Positions 59,228-64,000 of a stretch of DNA of 64,000 nucleotides are shown here, piece by piece (the stretch's first letter is position 1; each line of letters begins with the position of its first letter). Under the pieces are notes generated by a model. It ran no database searches and was not told the DNA's origin. It was given only the letters and a program-made list of their open reading frames with translations. A program made the translations under genes and the position numbers. The DNA is from Limnochordia bacterium (lineage in GTDB: Bacteria > Bacillota > Limnochordia > DTU080). The DNA lies in assembly GCA_050951545.1 (NCBI GenBank), contig JBMNJG010000011.1:32001-96000 (forward strand), in the 5' to 3' direction.

Positions 59228-60511
59228 GTGTTTGGTGTGAGTAGAGAAAAGTCTGCGTTTCTGGTAGTCTTGGGAGCAACAATCCTTACAATGGTCCTTA
59301 TGATGGGAGCAGCTGCGAAGGAGAGCATTGCTTACAGCTTCTGGGGTCAACCAGAACAGGTTGACTTGATGTTAAAGGTTCTGAGTCGATTCGAGGAAAA
59401 ACACCCGAACATCAGCGTAGAACCCCGTTATTCGGTTTTTGGGACGTATCATGAGAAGCTGTTGGTAGAGATGACATCCGGGTTGGCAGCCGACGTGATT
59501 CTCGTCAGTCCGGCTTACTTCCCGCAGTTTGTCGACCACAATGTCTTTATGGACCTTACGGATTTGGCCAAGCGAGACCTGAAGATGAATGATTACTTCC
59601 CTACTGCCCCGGTTTACTATGAAGGGCGCTTGTACGGTCTGCCTCATATCCTTGACGTTGAGATGATGTACTTTAACCAGGACCTCTTTGAAGCCGCTGG
59701 TGTTGATCTGCCTCACGAGAGTTGGACCTGGGACGAGGACTTCCTGCCCGCAGTACGGAAGCTGACGCGGAAAAACGGCGAAGGTGCGGTTACGCAGTTT
59801 GGCGCGTTTCGCAACGCAGGAAGCATCTATACCCTGTGGTCCGCTATGACGGCCCGTGGCGGTGGGTTCTATGACGTGGCGCAGAAGAAGGTGCTGGTGA
59901 ACCAGCCCGAGTCGATCGAGACCCTACGCTTCTTTCATAGCTTGGCGCATGTCTATGGCGCAGCCGCGGCCCCGGGCATCCCCACCGCTGGGGGTGGCAA
60001 CTGGACCAACGGGACTGTGGCCACGAACATCGGATGGAATAGCGGGATCGGCTACAACCATGCTCGCAATTTGCCCTTCGAATGGCATGCATCGGTGATG
60101 CCCGGATGGAGTGGTGGCAAGCGAGTCACGGAATCCCATGCGACGGCGTTCATGATCAACGCCTCGACGAAGAAGGTAGAGACAGCCTGGACGCTGGCAA
60201 AGTACCTTGGCTATGAGCCGGAGGCTACTCTGGTGGCTGAGGGGGCGTGGGGACCAGCGAAGCGGCAATCCACGTGGCGGAGCTTTCTGCCTCAGATCGA
60301 GCGAGTGGTTCCTGGCCATCAACAAGACTGGGAGGCCGTTTTTCGCTCCTTTGAGTTTGGCCAGAAGTTCCCTTGGACAGCGGAGTACACACAGGTGCAA
60401 CAGGCCCATAGCCGTCATCTTGCAGTTCTGTGGGCGAACACAAGCGGTCCTGAGACTGTGGCAGAGCAGTTTGCGGACAGCCTCCAGGCTATCCTATCCT
60501 ATAGCAGATAG
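59228..60511 (+). CDS. Sugar ABC transporter solute-binding protein
   Basis: Signal peptide, FEEKHPNISVE, DLTDL, LYGLP, FNQDLFEAAGV, WTWD. Confidence 0.9.
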   Translation: MFGVSREKSAFLVVLGATILTMVLMMGAAAKESIAYSFWGQPEQVDLMLKVLSRFEEKHPNISVEPRYSVFGTYHEKLLVEMTSGLAADVILVSPAYFPQFVDHNVFMDLTDLAKRDLKMNDYFPTAPVYYEGRLYGLPHILDVEMMYFNQDLFEAAGVDLPHESWTWDEDFLPAVRKLTRKNGEGAVTQFGAFRNAGSIYTLWSAMTARGGGFYDVAQKKVLVNQPESIETLRFFHSLAHVYGAAAAPGIPTAGGGNWTNGTVATNIGWNSGIGYNHARNLPFEWHASVMPGWSGGKRVTESHATAFMINASTKKVETAWTLAKYLGYEPEATLVAEGAWGPAKRQSTWRSFLPQIERVVPGHQQDWEAVFRSFEFGQKFPWTAEYTQVQQAHSRHLAVLWANTSGPETVAEQFADSLQAILSYSR

Positions 60512-60524
60512 AGAGGTGATACTG

Positions 60525-63440
60525 GTGATTGGGCAACGCTTGATGAAGGCCACCGTGGTGCTGGCCTTGGTCCTTGGTCAGGGGGCCCACGCATCTGATG
60601 AGGTTGGCCTAAGGGGACTGAACTTGGTGCGCAACGGTGGTTTTGAAGTGCTCAGCGGCCCGCATCGACCCGATGAATGGAATCAACGGATTGAACCGAA
60701 GGGTGGCCAAGCCTACTCTATCTGGGTAGATGAAGAAAACATCGTGGAAGGTCAGTATGCCCTGCGGCTGGAGGGAGCATCGACCGAGGGCCGGGCGCAT
60801 GTCATTCAGCAACATATTCGTGTCACGGACTACCGTGGCAAGACTCTTGTACTCCGCGGTTGGTACAAGGGCGAAGACGTGGTTAAGGGCCCCAGCGCAC
60901 AGCTTTACCTGAACGTTGAGTTCCTGAACGAGGCACAGAACAAACTGATCGCCCCATCGGTGGTGATCACTCCGCCCAGTGGCTCGACAGACTGGGTGTT
61001 GCTCGAGCAGGAATTGACGGTTCCTCCCGAAGCGGTCTATGTCTGGATTAATGCGAAAATCCAGAACGCCAGAGGGACGGTGTGGTGGGACGCTGTGGAA
61101 CTGCGAGAAGGGAAGCTGCCACAATCCGCTCACCAGCTGGGGGTACCGCCATTGAGTTTTGATCTGACGAAGGCCACCTTTGACGTGCCGCCTCTTTCTG
61201 AACTGCGCGGCCAGATTCCGTCTGCACACCCGCGCCTGTTTGTGCGTCCCGAAGGCCTGGCTGATCTGCGTGAGAAGCGCCAACGCAGTCTGTTCACACA
61301 GATGATCTGGAGGAACATTACTACCGAAGCGCTCAAGGCACGTGTAGCGGTGATGCCTCCTGAGCCACCCAACGCTAAGCCCGGTGGGGAGCTAGAGATC
61401 ACGGCCTGGCGTGAGGGTATCACGATCGCCAGTGATGTTCTCCAGAGATTGCATGCTCTCGGGTTCGCCTACTTGATCACTGACGATGAGAGCTATGGAC
61501 AAGCTGGCAAGGAGCTTCTCCTGCACGTGGCTGCTTGGGATCCCTATGGAACAAGCGGTCGGGCGTTGAATGATGAGATATCCATGCGTCTGCTGTACGG
61601 TATGAGTCGGGCCTATGACTGGCTGTATCCCCTGCTTAGCGAACAGGAGCGCGAAGTCGTCCGACAGACGATGCGTGAGCGTGGTAACGACGTCTACTTG
61701 ACGATGCGCCGCCGCGATTTCGAGGATCATCTGCTGGACAATCACCTTGTCCGCTCAATGGGATTCCTGGGTGAAGCCGCTATCGCCTTTATGGGTGAGC
61801 TTCCTGAGGCGGAGGCCTGGTTTGACTACATCGTCTCGCTTCTTGTGCTGAAATACCCAGCCTTTGGCGGCGATGAGGGTGGCTGGTCGCAGGGGGTCAG
61901 TTACTGGCAGTCTTACATCTCTTGGGTCTTGGAGTTCCTGGATGCCTTCAAGCTCGCCACCGGGGTTGATCTCTATCAGAAACCCTTCTTCCGCAACACA
62001 GGGTATTTCAAGCTATACGCGCACCCACCGAAAAGCAAGTTCGGCGCGTTTGGGGACCATAGTGATAGCCCGCCGGGCCAGGGAGCAGCACAGGTCGTTG
62101 GTTGGCTAGCTACTGCTTTCCATGACCCAGCATACCAGTGGTACGCGTCAGAGATCTCCGGGATGGGGCGCGTACCAGTGCTGCCTACGAACAACTTCCT
62201 GGGGTATGTCAAAGCACCTGAGACTAACGATGACCTCATTGATCCAGCTCTGCCGGAGGACTTCCCACAGTCGCGGCTGTTTAGCGACATCGGCTGGGCC
62301 TTGATGAACGTGGATATGCGCGACTGGGACAACAACGTCCACGTTAAATTCAAGAGCAGCCCTTACGGTTCACATAACCACAGCCATGCTGAGCAGAACA
62401 GCTTCATGATTGAGGCGTATGGTTCGCCTCTGGCCATACCATCTGGGTATTACCCCTGGTATGGTAGCCCCCACCACAAGACGTGGACCTGGGAGAGCAA
62501 GTCCAAGAACACCATTCTGGTGGACGGTCAGGGTCAGGGCGTCCAGAGCATACAAGCGAATGGCGACATCGTGGCGGCGAGCTTCGGGTCACAATTCGAC
62601 TATGTGCTCGGCGATGCCACACCTAGCTACCAAGGGCGTCTTCAGCGCTTCCTACGCCATCTGTGGTTTGTCAAGCCCAACCTAATCGTCATCTATGACC
62701 AGCTTGAGTCAGGTCGTGCGGGAACCACCTACGACTGGTTGCTTCATTCCCTTGACGAGATGGTTGTGGAAGCTGAGTCTAATCGGGTCCGTGTGCCAGC
62801 CAAGACGGCGGAGATGTGGGTGTCGTTTGTTACGCCGAAGCAACTGGCCCTTAGCCTGACCGACCAGTTCACTGTGCCTCCAGAAGATCGAGATGCCCAC
62901 AAGCCCAATCAGTGGCATCTCACTGCCAGGGCTAGCTCTGACACAGGAGAGGGCAGGTTCCTGACAGTCTTGGTACCGCGGCCGATCGCTGAGGCCGAAG
63001 AGGCGCCACCTGTGGTGCGTGCAGTGACGGCGACCAACGGACATGGGGTGGCAGTGGATCTGAGGGAGCGCTCCCTCACGATCGCTTTCCGGGACGATGC
63101 GGCATCGCCGCTGGCCGTACAAGCTTTTGTCGCTGAGGCCACTGCCCTGGCCGTCTGGCAGGAAGGTGTCCAAGAGGGCCTGATGGTGGTCGGCGGGCAG
63201 CGGGTCGAGAAAGACGGGAAGCTGCGTATGTCAGCAAACTACCCAGTAGACTGCGGTGCGACGTGGCAGTGTGCCGGCGAGACGGTGGGCCTTGAACTGC
63301 AGATAGCGGAGGGGACAAGGGCCACGATGGTGGAACTGGCCGTAGCCTGCAAGCCAGACACTGTAATCGTCAACGGTCGGTTGATTGACACCTGGACGTA
63401 TGAGGCAGGCCTCGTTCGGATAGAGTTGCCATTGCCGTAG
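60525..63440 (+). CDS. CBM4/9-like + DUF4962/heparinase II-III family polysaccharide lyase
   Basis: NLVRNGGFE, HPRLF, AYDWLY, NH, GGWSQGVSYW, FGD, HSHAEQNSF, NTILVDGQGQ. Confidence 0.85.
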   Translation: MIGQRLMKATVVLALVLGQGAHASDEVGLRGLNLVRNGGFEVLSGPHRPDEWNQRIEPKGGQAYSIWVDEENIVEGQYALRLEGASTEGRAHVIQQHIRVTDYRGKTLVLRGWYKGEDVVKGPSAQLYLNVEFLNEAQNKLIAPSVVITPPSGSTDWVLLEQELTVPPEAVYVWINAKIQNARGTVWWDAVELREGKLPQSAHQLGVPPLSFDLTKATFDVPPLSELRGQIPSAHPRLFVRPEGLADLREKRQRSLFTQMIWRNITTEALKARVAVMPPEPPNAKPGGELEITAWREGITIASDVLQRLHALGFAYLITDDESYGQAGKELLLHVAAWDPYGTSGRALNDEISMRLLYGMSRAYDWLYPLLSEQEREVVRQTMRERGNDVYLTMRRRDFEDHLLDNHLVRSMGFLGEAAIAFMGELPEAEAWFDYIVSLLVLKYPAFGGDEGGWSQGVSYWQSYISWVLEFLDAFKLATGVDLYQKPFFRNTGYFKLYAHPPKSKFGAFGDHSDSPPGQGAAQVVGWLATAFHDPAYQWYASEISGMGRVPVLPTNNFLGYVKAPETNDDLIDPALPEDFPQSRLFSDIGWALMNVDMRDWDNNVHVKFKSSPYGSHNHSHAEQNSFMIEAYGSPLAIPSGYYPWYGSPHHKTWTWESKSKNTILVDGQGQGVQSIQANGDIVAASFGSQFDYVLGDATPSYQGRLQRFLRHLWFVKPNLIVIYDQLESGRAGTTYDWLLHSLDEMVVEAESNRVRVPAKTAEMWVSFVTPKQLALSLTDQFTVPPEDRDAHKPNQWHLTARASSDTGEGRFLTVLVPRPIAEAEEAPPVVRAVTATNGHGVAVDLRERSLTIAFRDDAASPLAVQAFVAEATALAVWQEGVQEGLMVVGGQRVEKDGKLRMSANYPVDCGATWQCAGETVGLELQIAEGTRATMVELAVACKPDTVIVNGRLIDTWTYEAGLVRIELPLP

Positions 63441-63465
63441 CTACGGTACAAGTGATCCCGAGTAG

Positions 63466-64000
63466 TCATTCCTTTGGAGGCTCGCTGAGTTCTAGCCCCA
63501 TGATCTTGGCGAGCCTCTTGGGAACCTCCGTATTGGAGTAGACGCCCCCCTCAAAGGCCGTCGCTCGGGCCCCCAATGCATAAAGGGGCACGTCGGTTGC
63601 CGTGTGCCCAGCCGTACTCCAGTGGAAGCCTCCTCGTTTGCCGATGATCTCGTGCACGGCTGCCCTTACGGCCTTATTGCCAGTTGCTGTCCGCAAGAGC
63701 GATCTTTCCAGCGAACTCAGAGAGCCAAGACCAGCGTGTTTTCGCAGAAGAGACTCTGCTCCAGAAGGATTGGCAACCACTTGACTGACGAGGCGGTTGA
63801 TGGAGCTCTTCAAGCCGCGCAGCACTTCACCGTTCACTTTGGCCTCGAGTTGCAGACCGCCTGTCTCGTGATCAGCCGTGACAACCAACAGAGTGTCCGG
63901 GTGCTGATTCACGTAGGCAACAGCGACGGCAACTGCCTCATCAAAGGCTAAGGTCTCGCCGATACTGTAGAGGGCATCGTTGTCATGGCAGGCCGTGTCG
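63466..64000 (-). CDS. Alkaline phosphatase, C-terminal part (5' beyond window)
   Basis: DTACHDND, FDEAV, VTADHETGG, GHTATDVPLYA, NTEV. Confidence 0.9.
   Translation of the reverse strand, partial: DTACHDNDALYSIGETLAFDEAVAVAVAYVNQHPDTLLVVTADHETGGLQLEAKVNGEVLRGLKSSINRLVSQVVANPSGAESLLRKHAGLGSLSSLERSLLRTATGNKAVRAAVHEIIGKRGGFHWSTAGHTATDVPLYALGARATAFEGGVYSNTEVPKRLAKIMGLELSEPPKE

Noticed and set aside
60207-60524. N-terminal extension of the 1077-aa ORF
   Set aside because: Overlaps the SBP gene; RBS and signal peptide support a start at 60525

Overview
High-GC bacterial chromosome segment, most likely from a diderm (outer-membrane-bearing) Firmicute such as Limnochordia. This is inferred from a Negativicutes/Halanaerobiales-style outer-membrane gene cluster occurring together with Firmicute-type RBSs, sigA/sigK-like promoters and a Bacillus-like RNase P RNA. 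1-28 kb: co-oriented OM/LPS cluster (tamB, bamA, skp, lpxD, ABC-F, lptF/G, lptD, lptC, an uncharacterised large ABC membrane protein plus ATPase, lpxC, NTP transferase, fabZ, lpxA, lpxI, lpxB plus two lpxB-like genes, msbA, GT2, epimerase, lptB, lptF/G, DUF3084). 28-31.3 kb: D-aminoacylase, a small beta-barrel-like protein, rnpB and tRNA-Lys(TTT). 31.3-41 kb: tandem integration hotspot at tRNA-Lys. It holds an apparently intact 6349-bp capsid-less satellite-like element (integrase, CGNR zinc-finger protein, xis, PriCT protein, helicase with iteron array), then a truncated second copy cut by an IS3, a Doc-type TA pair and a third diverged att site. 41-48.6 kb: decaying island (IS3, pseudogenes). 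48.8-53 kb: attenuator-preceded rsgA-RNHCP fusion, tandem Cys-rich paralogs and an amidase-like gene. 53-64 kb: polysaccharide-lyase locus and the 3' end of an alkaline phosphatase. All calls rest on motif recognition by eye; no database search was run.
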